Shown here in pieces: positions 25,036 through 39,199 of a stretch of 64,000 bases of DNA. The DNA is taken from the NCBI RefSeq assembly GCF_006345805.1, contig NC_043003.1:9486001-9550000 (forward strand). Reading direction: 5' to 3'. Position 1 is the first letter of the stretch, and each line of letters begins with the position of its first letter. Under the pieces are notes generated by a model. That model ran no database searches, had not been told where the DNA came from, and saw only the letters and a program-made list of their open reading frames with translations. This stretch comes from Octopus sinensis (lineage: Eukaryota). Both the position numbers and the translations under genes were made by a program.

Positions 25036-25379
25036 ACAACTTGCTAGTATAACGTTAGGTGTAAATTAATTTAACCAACTATGTCGGAATTAGGTATAAG
25101 TAGTAAAAGAATATTAGAAAAAATTGTTTCGTGAGTAAGAAATACTCTGGTGTCCTGGTGCGTACTTCTATCCTTCAATAACCATATCTGTGTTGACGTA
25201 GACCCTAGGTGGTGCATAATCAAACACTGATATTGGTGATTTGCTCATCGATGTGGTTTGGGATTCGAGAAAATCACTCTTGCTTTTCCATAATCAAACA
25301 TGTTTTTATAAACATAGTAAAAAAAGAAAAGAAGCGAGAGAATAAATTGTTCGATGTGGGAGAATCTTATTTTACTTAC

Positions 25380-25700
25380 ACCTCTTTGATAAAAGGATAT
25401 AACTTAGAATGTTAGGAACACTGTTTATTTCATTGGCAACCGTATGAAAGCTCAAGGATCAACAATTTCATAACCATCAAATTTACGAATGCCGTAGAGG
25501 TGTTTGCTTTTGGATGTTCACAACCTGAACTTGATAGTCGCTGTTTAAACCGTTGTAGCCAATTCCCCTTCGACCTGTGATATAATCTATACTTCGAGCT
25601 GCGACATAATCAATGCGTATTGGCCTAATTGGTGCATTGTGATTAGCGACAAATTGAACACACCGCGTCATCCAATAAATATAAACATTTAAGTTTAACT
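25380..25700 (-). pseudogene. Exon-like segment B (paralog of A)
   Basis: LNLNVYIYWMTRCVQFVANHNAPIRPIRIDYVAARSIDYITGRRGIGYNGLNSDYQVQVVNIQKQ open for more than 60 codons, then a probable frameshift; followed by GTAAGT. Confidence 0.38.
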
Positions 25701-25819
25701 CTTAACTAACATATATATGTTTGTATGTATTTGTGTGTATACATAAACACATAAACACACACACACACACAAATATATATATGTGTATAGATTATTTAGA
25801 TTTATAAACATACAGGGGG

Positions 25820-25902
25820 TGTTTGTGTATGTGTGTTTATATATATATATATATGTATGTATGTATATATATATGTATGTATATATATATATATATGTAT
25901 GT

Positions 25903-25934
<32 letters not shown>

Positions 25935-26121
25935 CATATATGTATGTATATATATGTATGTATGTATATATATATATGTATGTATATATATGATGTTATA
26001 TATATATATATGTATATATATATATGTATGTATATATATATGTATGTATATATATATATGTATATATATATATGTATGATATATATATGTATATATATGT
26101 ATATATATTATGTATGTATAG

Positions 26122-26178
<57 letters not shown>

Positions 26179-26180
26179 TG
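25820..26180. repeat. (TA)n/(TATG)n microsatellite
   Basis: Read directly. Confidence 0.97.
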
Positions 26181-26247
26181 TATGTATATGCCTATAGATT
26201 ATTTAAATTTATAATCATACAGCGGGATGTTTGTGTATGTGTGATTA

Positions 26248-27396
26248 TCTCTCTATATATAAAACTGAGAATGTGTGTGTGTGTGTCTGTCTGTGTGTGT
26301 GTTTCTCTAAAACTTGAGAAATGCACAACCAATTTCATTCAAATTTTACACATGCCTTACTTAGGGTCCGGGGAGTGTCATCGGCAAAAATTTGTAACTT
26401 TTTGCCTAGGGTGAGCCACAGCAATATCATATCTTCTCCACTACGATTCCCTAAAACTTGAGAACTACACAACCAATTTCATTCAAATTTTACACATGCC
26501 TTACTTAGGGTCCATGTAATTTCATGGGCAAAAAAAAAATGTTCAACGTCTTGCCTAGAGCGAGCCCATAGCAATATCATATCTTCTCCACTATTTCAGT
26601 ATTACGTGTTAAAAGTAAAGCAAAAACATTTCTCTATTTTATGTCAGATGCTTTCACTTTAACAATAAAAATAAAAATAACAATTGAATTATATGTAGTA
26701 AGTAATAATTAAAATCAAACTAAAGTATAATATAATCCTAACATAAAAGTAAAAATAGCAATTAGTATAAAATTGCATCAATGACTTGCACTTGAATAAG
26801 TGGTTTCACATGAATGGGAGTAAATTAAAAATAAAATTAGCGTGCAGAAATGGAATAGTCCAGATGGATAATAAAAAATTAAATTAAAGAAAAGACTACT
26901 GTCTATAAAGTATACAATGTAGAGAAAAAAGAAGATTTGAACACCTAGAGGAAGCACCATCGAAAAGTGTCTTGGTGCGACTATTAAAGATATCTAACCA
27001 GAGGCGGTAAATTCGCCACAATAGAAGCAAGGTTCGAGTCAACTTGCAAAGTGGAAATATTTTATTTTTACTTTTATATCTGGGACGTAGGATGTGCCGG
27101 ATAAAAATTTAAAATCCCCCCCACCGAAGTTGAGGTAGGCTGGATTGTAGCAACACTTCTATACAAGATGGAGGACAAGATACAATTGATCGAAATTGTA
27201 AGGGACGGGCTTACAATTCTAGTCTGTTATATATTTTGAATATTGTTATCACTAGCGATATCAAGATATAACTTTGTATTTTGTATTTTATGTGTAGATG
27301 TATATATATAAATGTACATGTAATATGTACACATATATATACACATATATACATGCACTAGTACTATGACCCGGCAACGACGGGTCATAATGCTAG
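26248..27396 (+). mobile_element. Non-autonomous Helitron, about 1.15 kb (second family)
   Basis: A|TCTCTCTATATATAAAAC 5' end; hairpin TATGACCCG-GCAACGA-CGGGTCATA then CTAG|T; internal tandem duplication of about 145 bp at 26305-26595. Confidence 0.82.
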
Positions 27397-27430
<34 letters not shown>

Positions 27431-27705
27431 AATGTATATATATATGTATGCATGTATATATATATATGTATGTATATATATATATATGTATGCATGTATA
27501 TATATATGTATGTATATATATATGTATGTATGTATGTATGTTTGTATGTATATATATATATATATGTATGAATGTATATATATACGTATGCATGTATATA
27601 TATATATATGTATGTATATATATATATGTATGCATGTATATATATATGTATATATATATGTATGTATGTATGTATGTTTGTATGTATATATATATATATA
27701 TATCG
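27397..27705. repeat. (TA)n/(TATG)n microsatellite
   Basis: Read directly. Confidence 0.97.
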
Positions 27706-29167
27706 TATGATGGAGTTTAGGATAATGAAATTATAAGGCTATTTGTTCTAGATTTATTAAAAAGAAGAAAGCTTTGTTTTATATTCTGGTGATGTCCTTA
27801 TCCCACCGAGGAATTATAACGTCATAAACTGTCAGTAAATGGAATTTTGTATCATCGCAGATAGAATCTTTCGCCGTTAATTTTGTAGACACTGCGTTGA
27901 GACTAGGTAATTATTATTGACCATACCTAAAATGGAAAGAGAAATTAGTGTATATACATAAGCGAGGAAATCACCTGCACGGCATTTTGAGGAAATTAAT
28001 CGACCATCTTTATAAATGCGAGTTACCGTCATACTTTTCGGTGTATATACTTTTATTGGGCGGCTGTTTATTATAAGTGATGTGTTCAGAAAATGGATTT
28101 TCTGCAAGATTAGATATGTAAAAATTACATAAAGTCAACTGCACAGGGATACGTAAAGGAATATTTTATACTACAATCTATTATTTCATCTAGACGTAAT
28201 AGAATTAGGAAACTTTTCAATTTGGTAGGTACCTATTTTCCGCTTGGGAAAGTATAGTGTTAGAGTTAGTTGTATAGTTAGCAAAAATTTCGTTGCGATA
28301 TCGAAGGTTCTAATGCTAGATTTTTGAATGAAAATGACAGGTGTACAGCTGACCAACACTAATCAGGCAAATGCCAAATTAATCACCGGGCTCTTTTGCT
28401 TGCTTGTACTTTAACGACTGTCATTGACATTTTAAAATAGATTTTATAAGCAAACATTGTCAACATGTATATGTGTGTATGAGCAAGCGTTTCTCTTTGT
28501 GCATTTGACCTCAGTAAATTTCGTTAGTTTATGAACTGACAAAGGATTTTAGTTGTGCAAATACTGCCACAACTTCAATTAACGTCGTTTCTTTAGAATT
28601 GCACAGTTGCACAGTTACTTTCTATATCCGTGGTGTAGTGTGAAATCTTTATTCATTCATGTTGCGAGCTATTACTACTACTTTGCATGATTTTCACAGA
28701 GAAAGGTGAGAAGCAGGTCAGTTCTTGGCATATCGTGTTTATAATAGAAAATTGTGGTGTAAAAATGTGTTATTTTTTAAACCACTGTCGTTTAAGCTTT
28801 ATGGAAATGAAGACCACGCCATTAAAGGTTTCTAATATTTGCTCATAGGCTAGAGATTCTTTTATAGAAATTATTAATCAGGCTCACTGAAACATATGTG
28901 TGGACGGTAGGGGTTTATATTACTATATGTAAAATTTCCAAAAGGTTAGCTATAAAGTTTTGTGTTTTGGGCATATATTAATTGATTGTAATATTTTATG
29001 TTCCTGGCCGTGTGCCTACATTTGAAACCAGTATTTCAGAACTTTATGATATTTTAGTTAGATGATTGTTAATTACAAATGTTAGTAAGGTATCGAGTCG
29101 TCCAGTGCCATATCGAAATATGGCCACCTTAACAAATTTATGTAAATTAATCATTATTGTAAATATT

Positions 29168-29300
29168 TCGCTGGGGTCAACTTTGCCTTTCATCCTTCCA
29201 GGTTCGATAAAATAAGTAGCAGTTGATTAATGGGCTCGATAAAATTAACTTACGCTCTGTTCCGAAATTACTGGTCTTGTGTCAAAAATTAGAAGCCAAT
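29168..29300 (+). mobile_element. SINE family B core fragment, old
   Basis: GTCAACTTTGCCTTTCATCCTTCCAGGTTCGATAAAATAAGTAGCAG. Confidence 0.7.
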
Positions 29301-30907
29301 ATATTCTATTGTAAATTTCTCATTTGCGCGTGCCTAGGATATACAAATTAAAAGTCAAACAACTCTGTGCCGATGAGTAAGGAATTCGGGGTATCTGATT
29401 TTTGTAGCACAGCCTTTTTATAGAAGTAAATTCCCATTGTGTTAATAATGAAATGCATATTATTGCCCTCTATATTGTAACATATCGTAGGAAAGGAGAG
29501 TGACAGGTACAAGTTTGGAGATATAAATGTAAAATTAGTCAATAAACGTGGTAACGTGGGAATACTTTTTTATTGTATTACACCAGTTAATGGCTATAGT
29601 GTTTCTGTACCATTGGTGGAGGTTAACTATTAATTTTGCTGAATGTTGTTTTTATTAATTCATCTGATTTCTCTAATTTATATTTGGGATTGGAGATAAA
29701 ATTATGTTATGATCTTTAAATAAAATTATGTTATGGTCTACACAAAATATTCTAAATGGCTGATTAATGTAAGTTCATGAACTAATTTTGTTTCTACGAT
29801 ATCTATTTTCTTCAATATTTATATGCTTATACGCCAAGCATTAGAGTTTTTGGTTATACTCATCTTTAAAATTCAAAAACTTTGATGAAGTAGATAATAG
29901 TAAAAATGGTACATGTAAGAGTTTATTTGTTGAGGCCATGCTCACAGAAGAAAGATGCCTAGCGTGTCCATTTACCTACATTTTTATACAGAAGGTTTTT
30001 TCGTACGCTATTTATTAGAGAGAGTATGGAAATTATTCGTTGAACAGATTTTATTTTATAAACCCATAATTAGTGTTATATATTTTGGTTTCGAAAAGTC
30101 CTCTATGTGCTACATGCGATATGTCAATTCATACAATGTGAATTACTGTAGGAACATACAAATGATCACTACGCGGCATAGGAACGTTAATATTTGCAAT
30201 AGTTACTTAAATGAACAAAAATAGAGCAGTCGATATAATAGTAAAGCTATATAACTGTAAGATAAAGATTCGATAGTGTAACGTAGCTTCAAATCCTATG
30301 CTTATCTGATGCTAAGTAATAATCGAACAATAAGATGCAACCAGGTTACTAAAATATTCACGAATATTTGTTGTTAGAATTTGAGATTACTGGTATTACA
30401 TTCTGCATAAAAGAAAAAAAAAACTTTACAAAGAGCACAGATCCTAACATATTACCGATGTTGGTTTGCTTTAGCTCTCATAGGTGGTATGTAATATAAA
30501 AAGTGAAAGAATAATAAAGTGGAAACTTTATATATATATAGAGAGAAGAAGGATTTTGTTTGTGAACTCATGGAAATTTCTATGAACATTTGATCATTTA
30601 AACATGTTTTTCTAATTTTCCTCTGTCACTCTAAACTCTCCTAAACCCCTTATATATATATAAATATATATATGTGTATATATATATACTTTGATACTTT
30701 GATAGGTTTCGGCCATTATTGGCCCAGGCCATGTCTAACTTAATAGCACCACCTGGTAAAATATATGTATATATATATATATTGCCATTGATAAACAAAA
30801 AAGGTCGAAACCGGTTTGGTATTTGAATAAATCTATTACACAATGTAAAAACGACAACACATTTTGAGAGCCAATAGCATTTTCAAACCCCAAAACAAAT
30901 TCTTCGT

Positions 30908-30951
<44 letters not shown>

Positions 30952-33289
30952 GTTATTACTAAATATGAAATGAAAGTGAGAAAATACAACTAAGAAATAA
31001 GTGAGAAATAAAAAAACAAAACGATGAAACACTATAAAAGCGGCATAAGACGAACGGAAAAATAGAGTAAGTTTGAATCTAAATGCTATGTTACACAGAA
31101 ATGTGCGCGAAAGGTAAACATTTGACAATGCTAAAGTGTATAATTGAAGGATATAGTTAGTACAAAAAATGTTTTTGTAGGATAAACTGAGAAGCAATAT
31201 AGAAGGTATGATTTTTTCCGGCTAAAATCCTAAGTGTTGATTCAGTCAGCCTATGTTAATTCGCTTTTCCAGTGTTTAATGGGGTACACGTCAAAGTGGT
31301 TATTTTCAAAAATATATTTTTGACCAAACACTTAAAGGCTCTACCGATCTATTAGCATTTTCGTGAATGAGGTTTTCTCAACCCATACATCACCTGCAAC
31401 GATTTGCAAATCTTGCATGGTGTCTATTAGCCACAAAAAATACAAATACAACATTTATAATACACTCAAAGAAATGTTAGAATGCTGTTCAATAAACTGA
31501 ACTAATATCTCTTTGAATTAGCGCCTGAGAGGCTCAGAATTCCACAGACATCAGCGATCTCACTATTGCCCGCCGGCTAAGTCCCTATGCTACAGGAAGA
31601 CAAGGTTAGGTCTTTGAATAACAGATAGAATAAAAAATTCCTCCGATTTCGTCTGCTCCGTTTCATGCACCTGACATAGTTCAACTTGAGACAATGATTA
31701 GCTACACTTGCCAAAAATAAATTTCAATAGGACAATGATCGGAACGTAACATGTTAAAATGTGTAAGAAATAAATTTGCTGTCACGCACGCACGCATGTA
31801 CACACACACATGCGCGCACACACACACACACACACAGAACACGCACTTATAAATGTGAGTGTGTCCGTATGCATATATATAGATATACATATATACAGAG
31901 AAAAGTAACAACTGACGGATTCTTCAATCAACACATTGAACAAGCTATCGAATTGTTAGTTGATAAAATAAAGAAGTGGTACTGGACCAATGCGTGTGTT
32001 TATTTTGATTTTCATTAGCATAATGGTCCATCTTAAACGCGACAATATTTGTTTCAACACACTAATTTACATCGCAAAAAAGCTTTTATATATATGTGTG
32101 TGTGTGTGTATATATATATATGTAATATATATGTATATATGAATGTATATGCATATATATATACACACACATACACGCGTGTATATATATACAGGTATGT
32201 GCGTGTGTGTTTGAAATCATGTATGTATGCATTGCTACATTGCTATGTTTAGATGTCTGAATTCAATTGTTTAATGACACATGTACAAGAATAGTTTATT
32301 TAAAGGAAAACCAATGAACTCATTCACATGATTTCAATGTTTGCTTTCGATACATATAAATACATTACTGTTTTATCTATAATATTGTTGTCTTCCCTCT
32401 TTTCCGCACCAAAACAAGATGATAATAGTTTTTTAACCACACAATTGCTTCAAGATTTTGATTTTCCTTTGGGCATTAATATCCGCAATGGAAGTTATTT
32501 AGAGAAAAATATATGCAGTAAATCGTGCAGGAGTTTTCCTAATTGTGCAATATAATCGCACGAAAGTTTTCCTTGAACAAAACTCTGTACTGTACAACAC
32601 TCGGGTACGAATACAACATTCATTTGATATTAGTTACGATTTTAATTTATAAGAATGTGCTACGATATATTCATGTATTTAGAAATTCGACACAACAATA
32701 GTTGTATTGTTCTTTATGTAAACTGCCATTGTTTTCTAATTTTACAACTACGAATACGTTTGAAGTTGTAGTTTTTCACTGCATTTGACTTATTATTTCT
32801 TTTTATCTATTAATAACCTACACCTGTCTCACACGTCTTTTGCTGTTTTTTTTTTTTGCTTCATGTTATTATTTCTTTGTTGGAACACAACAATCATTGA
32901 CTCTGAATTATTATGCATTGGGAGTGTTCTTACGATATTATGTTGTTCAATATGTGATAGCCAACTGTCCCTATTGGACACGTTCTGCATCAGCAGGCCT
33001 GCAATAGACGTCGACACTCACTTCTGTAAAATCTTCGCTCGCCCACGAAGCCAATGTATGTGTGTGTATACATACATACATACAACAGCCACACCTACCA
33101 AAATACTTACTATAAATTCTTCCCATCACCTGAAACGATACTAAGCTCAACCACACACATAAATAAACAGCCACAACCGCACACACACACACGTGCTATC
33201 ATTACACACATACACCTGCGCGCACGCACATACCCACACATACCCACACATACGCACAGATACCTCCTTCACTTGTGCTCTCCTGTCTT

Positions 33290-33540
33290 TGAAAGAACTT
33301 TTTCTTCACCCATTCCCTTCCGGTCATTTCAATATGTCACCGCGTGTGTATCGTTGTCGATTTTCTTTCTCCGTCTTCCCTTCCTTGGACCTTTCTTTTT
33401 TCTAAGTTTCTGACGAAGAGCTTCGCTCGAAACGTTAAATCCTCCTTCTTTCTTTCCTTTCCTGAGCCTCCAATAACGCTATACTTGTTCCACGTCCTCG
33501 CGTTGTCGTGTTTTCTCTTTGTTAATGTTTGGATTAACTA
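33290..33540 (+). mobile_element. Solo PLE pseudo-LTR with hammerhead motif
   Basis: Homologous to 19040-19300; ends in a TA-rich microsatellite. Confidence 0.78.
33406..33440 (+). ncRNA. Minimal hammerhead ribozyme motif (CUGACGA core)
   Basis: GUUU-CUGACGA-A-GAGC-UUC-GCUC-GAAAC-GUU-AAAU. Confidence 0.72.
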
Positions 33541-33551
33541 TATATACATAC

Positions 33552-33594
<43 letters not shown>

Positions 33595-33664
33595 TATGCA
33601 TGCGTATGTGTATGTATGTACGTGGTACATATCTATATAGAAACATGTATCTTATACCTTTTAT

Positions 33665-33905
33665 CTTTTACATGTTTCAGTCACTAGACTGTAGCCATAC
33701 TGGAGCACCACTTTGAAAACCTTTTGTCAGTCAAACGAATGGACCCCAGTACTTACCTTTTGTTGAGCCTGGTACTTTTTCTCTCGATCTAATTTGCTGA
33801 ACCGAGGCTGTGGTAGAAGACACTTGCCCAAGGTGACACACAGTGGGACTGAACCCGGAACTATGTGCCAGCAAAACAAGCTTCGTTCCATACAGTCACG
33901 ACTGC
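33665..33905 (-). mobile_element. SINE family A, internally deleted
   Basis: Reverse-complement tail (GGAGCACC) and head (GACACTTGCCCAAGG..GTGGGACTGAACCCGGAAC). Confidence 0.75.
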
Positions 33906-34024
33906 AGCTACATATGTATACATAAACACACACACATGTACATATATATATATATATAGAATATATAAATTATATATATATATACATACATACACACCTA
34001 TATATGTACATATATGTGGGTATG

Positions 34025-34063
<39 letters not shown>

Positions 34064-34088
34064 CATACATACACACATATGTGCATAT

Positions 34089-34134
<46 letters not shown>

Positions 34135-36313
34135 TCATGACTTCATTTAATCTGGTTATTGTCAATTTAGATTTTATGGATCTATGGTGGAAAATCCAGC
34201 TGGACACACTCATATAACTCTGCGTCACTCGTTATAATTTTGTGGCATATGTTCACGAGAAAGATATTACATTGTCTTTAAAAATAGAAACTCTATGTAA
34301 AATTGGCAAATTGTACTGACTCTTGATACAGCATTGGTTTAAATTAATCATTAGCAAAAGTTTTAGAAACGAGGTTTCTATTTTATTCTTGACTATTTAT
34401 GTTTCTCTCTTTATATTAGTAGATATCTATAATAACGAACGATACGTTTTCAACCATCTTACAATATTCAGATACAACGCCTTACATTCTGAGTGAACTG
34501 CATTTAGTTTTGAAAACCTAGACATCTAGTGTTACTATACAAATGCCACTATATGAATGCCAGTTGGGAAATAGGAATAATGTAAGCACATGTTGAATAA
34601 ATGTTTTTATCGAAATATCGGTTCGCATTAGTCATAGCTGTGGCTAACATATCATCTTTATGGCATTTAATATTATTTTATCCTGTATCTATAATCTGTT
34701 TTATGAATGTTTGTTTGCGATGTCTTCAAATTAGACTGATTGCGTACAATATTACTCCATACATGCTTAAAAGTACATAAGTACTTACTTAATAGATACC
34801 AAACAAGGACTAATCATATACATGTTCTAAAATAGTGTACCCCTTGCCCATTTGAGGAAAGTACCTGGCACACATATAAGCAATATAGTGCGCATAAAAT
34901 AAATATCACGCATTCAATAATTAGGCATTCATTAACCGATTACCCCCGATGATAAGTTGCCGGCTAGCTCTACTATTTTTCTACTATCTAAGTTCTACTA
35001 TTTTTCATTCAGGAATTCATCTTTCCAGAATTCCTTTTCGGTAGAAGTTTTCCATCCAGATAATAGTATACAGAAATTCTGAAAGGTATTACTGATTTAC
35101 TGAAGCTTGTAGATACGTATGTTTTCCATTTGAGTATTCTATTACTGACAATATCATATCAAATTAATAGAAAAACTAACAACAAAAGAGTGTTTGTTAG
35201 AATACAAAATTCGGATAGAGTCCTCTTTTAATGTATTTATGTTTCAACCGGATGTTGCAAAATAATACACAGTGTAAATCAATATGGCACGATGAATTAA
35301 GCGTCAATAAATATACAAAAAATATCGTCAGCTTAAGTACAATTAATACATACAAATATACATACACACGTACACATATGTACCTAAACATACATACATG
35401 TAGAGAGAGAGAGAGAGAGGGAGAGAGGGCAGCGAAAGAGAGAGAGGAGAGATAGATAGGTGGATGGATGAATGAGTGGATGAATGGATATATATATAGA
35501 TAGATAGATAGGTTGATAATGGGTATATGCGTGTATGCTTGCATCTTTGTATTTGTGTGTGAGTACATTGATGACTTACACAGTTTCAGTGAAGATATGT
35601 GAGAAAGAGAAAATGAAATGATATTCAACATTATTCAGGAGTAGAGTTTCTTGACTCATATCGAGTTTCTCTAGAGATGATTCTATGAACGTGTGTCATA
35701 GCCTTTGGATAATAAAGTGTTTTATTGTGAAGGTGTAACAAGACTGTTGTCCTCCAGATGATCTATCTTACAGACAGAAATAGAGAAAGGTGACCAAGCA
35801 AAGTGCGCGTCATAATGAAATGAAACTCATACAGACTAGTATATAGGAGGGTTGATATAATAAGGGAACTCACAAACAAATGGTTACGAATAAAAAGGAG
35901 GTCAAATAGATATATAAATTCATTTTGTTTATGAAATGTTTTCAAACGAAGTTTTTCGAAAATTGGTGATAGTTTGCAAACACAAATAATTACAAATATC
36001 GAATTGAGATTAAAATGACCAGAATAAATTAAAAATATCTTTACAAAGTATTGGTTACACACACGTGACGATGATGGTACAAATAGTACATAAAGTCTTT
36101 ATAAATGCAAGTGGTTTGACTGTTACCAAGTGTATGTTAATTTAACTCGCAAATGAGCATTTACAAATTCAAATGATTATATAATCTAAATATAGTGGAT
36201 GTGTGTATGTACATATATAGACATACATATATATATTATATATTATATATATATAATATATCTATATATATATACATACACCATATATAATATATATATA
36301 TATTATATTATAT

Positions 36314-36346
<33 letters not shown>

Positions 36347-36382
36347 CATACATAATAATATATATATTATATATATATATAT

Positions 36383-36427
<45 letters not shown>

Positions 36428-36489
36428 AATATATATTATTATATATATATATATAATATAATTACACATATATAAACACATACCTGGCA

Positions 36490-36645
36490 TCCTCTCGATT
36501 ACGACACGACGATGGTTCCAGCTGTTCCGATCATCGGAACAGCCTGCTCTTGATATTTAAAGTGCAAGTGACTCAGCACTCCACACATATGAATACTCTG
36601 AATGTAGTTCTCAGGGATATTCAGCGCGACACAGAATGTGCAGGT
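36490..36645 (-). mobile_element. SINE family C 3' fragment, older
   Basis: TCAGCACTCCACAC..GTAGTTCTCAGGGATATTCAGCG matches the family C body. Confidence 0.75.
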
Positions 36646-36788
36646 ATGTGCGCATGTATGTGCGCATGTATTTATGTATGTATGTATGTATGTATGTATG
36701 TATGTATGTATGTATGTATGTATGTATGTATGTACGTACGTATGTATGTATGTGCGTATGGATATATGTGTGTATGTAAGTATGCATG

Positions 36789-36829
<41 letters not shown>

Positions 36830-37096
36830 GTATATATATATATGTATATGTATATGTATATAAACGATGGATAATTGTCAGGTGTAATGAGCTGACAATT
36901 ATCCATCGTATGTTATAATTTCATTGATTATAATACACCATAGGGATTTACGACACTTCGGACCACTGGAATATACCAACAACGTACAATCAACGCATCG
37001 TGTGCTTTGAACCAGTCCCTATTGTTATTATTGTTATTATAATTATAATTATTATTATTATTACTATCCTTACTATTATATGTATCTATCTATATG

Positions 37097-37132
<36 letters not shown>

Positions 37133-37802
37133 ATATATATATAATATATATATATAATATATATATATATACATATATATATGCATGCATATATTCTCTC
37201 TTTTAAGCATTATTCAAATACTTTCTAGATACGCAATATTAGAAAGGAAAAACATGTAATAAATAAAATCACTGACTCCTCGAATCGCCCACCTTCTTTG
37301 GAACAAACCTTCATTGTGGATCATGTATTCAGTCATCTATGCAATGAGAATAAAGACCATCTTAACTGCAGCAACCCCAAGGGATGTTATGACCTACACA
37401 TAACACAGTTGTGTGGCAAGATTCTCAACATAGTCAAAGTCTGGGAGAAACACCCTCTACTAATGTCTTGATCGCATAAGCGAACTTTTAATCTAAATTT
37501 CGCTTATGTCTAAACACTGGCTGGCACTGATGCTGCTGTAATTATTAACACCTGGCAGTCTAATGGCTCAACTCAGTCAATGTTGTTGACTGCGTTTTAG
37601 TTAAAGCTACTGCTTTAATTCTGCCCAGACATGGTGTTTTCACACCTTTTACCCCCCCCCACCCCAAAAGAGTTTTTTCTCCACAGTAACTGCGGTGAAT
37701 TTTCATTTAGAAGTTGAAATATGTCAAACATTTAATTAACATAAAATTCGCTCATGCCTAAACATTTCTTGGCGCTGATACTGCTGCAATATATATATAA
37801 TG

Positions 37803-37857
<55 letters not shown>

Positions 37858-37859
<2 letters not shown>

Positions 37860-38352
37860 TTGTTTTGTCTGGTATAAAAGATGGGCTACAGCAAATATTC
37901 TGCTCAATACCACACATTTGCTTGTCAGTTGTTTGACCTTAACTAGTTGAGCATGTCCTTAGGGTGACGATATGTGCATCTCTGATCACGAGCAGAAGTA
38001 GTGGGGGAGCATCATAGCCATGTGTTGAGAGGGATTCTTTGGGGTTTGAATAATTTACCTCTGGAAAAATGGGTGGTTCTTTCAACATCCTTAAACAACC
38101 CTTATTCAGGGACCTTTGAGCGGATGGCTACTCAACCTGAGAAAAATTCTAACTGGGCCCCACCTGCAAGGTCAAGTGCTGTGTTATCTTGATATGAGAT
38201 CACCATGTCGCGCACATATGGTTGTGATGCATGTGCCTGGTGTACCTTTATCAGACGGGTAGTCATGATGGGTATATTGGGCTTCGATTTTTTACCCCAG
38301 TGTCACTTTGATGGCATGAACTGCTCTCTCACTCAATAATAATAATAATAAT
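37858..38352 (+). mobile_element. About 480-bp retroposon-like element sitting in an (AAT)n tract
   Basis: Higher-GC unique-looking block flanked on both sides by (AAT)n; ends CTCTCTCACTCAATAATAATAAT. Confidence 0.55.
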
Positions 38353-38456
38353 AGGGAGTAAATCGAAACTTACAGGGAAAAAATTATATTTATTTTTATG
38401 TTCTGGTTTGCTTTTCACTGTTTGATTTGCCTAATAGTGGTTTTATCTCTAATTTA

Positions 38457-38497
<41 letters not shown>

Positions 38498-39199
38498 CTT
38501 TATATATGTGTGTGTGTGCGTGTATATGTATGTATATACATGTGTTTTATGTCTATACATACATGAGTGTGTGTGTATATATACACACATACTTGCAGAC
38601 CTACTTTGATACATACATGCATATATACGTACATAGATAGGTGTATGACATGTCTATCTTAAAAGAGTGATTAAAAGGATCATTCATTCGAGAATTGGCT
38701 CAATAGTTTGGGATGTAGTGTTGATGTTTAAGTTGAGAGAGCGTCCGACGTTTTTACAAAGGTTTTGAAAGTTATTTTTGTTTGAGTTTTGCTAAGGAAA
38801 TTTATGAGTCCACCATGATATACAATAATGTAAATTTATTAATTCATGCATGATATCAACTACAGTAATCCCGTAGCAATGATAATTTTAAACAAATGGA
38901 AGCAATCAATGCGTTTCAGCAATCAATATGTTTTAGCAATCAGTGTGTTTAGAATATCAATTCTGAAACTCTGTGATCCCATGCTAAGTTTTGTGATACG
39001 ATATAAAATTTATAATCTAATGGGAAGAGTCTTCTGATATTTATATGTTACAGTTTTTAGACTAGGGCCATGCTAGGGTACCGTAATGAATCGACCTCAG
39101 TACTTAATTCTATTTTGCCGAAACGGTGATAACACTAATACTGTTATCCAAGCGTTTGTGGATGTAGAATTATATACAACGTAATTCAATCAGTTTCTG

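Noticed and set aside
25540-25580. TGRRGIGYNG resembles cyclophilin TGEKGFGYKG
   Set aside because: Spacing to the flanking cyclophilin motifs does not fit and the FHR and QGGD motifs are absent
26640-26960. Hydrophobic AT-rich frame that looked like a NUMT
   Set aside because: No recognisable mitochondrial protein motif under the invertebrate mitochondrial code; it lies inside a Helitron
31560-31600. HRDLA kinase-like motif on the - strand
   Set aside because: It reads HRDLAGGQ* with an immediate stop and no other kinase motifs
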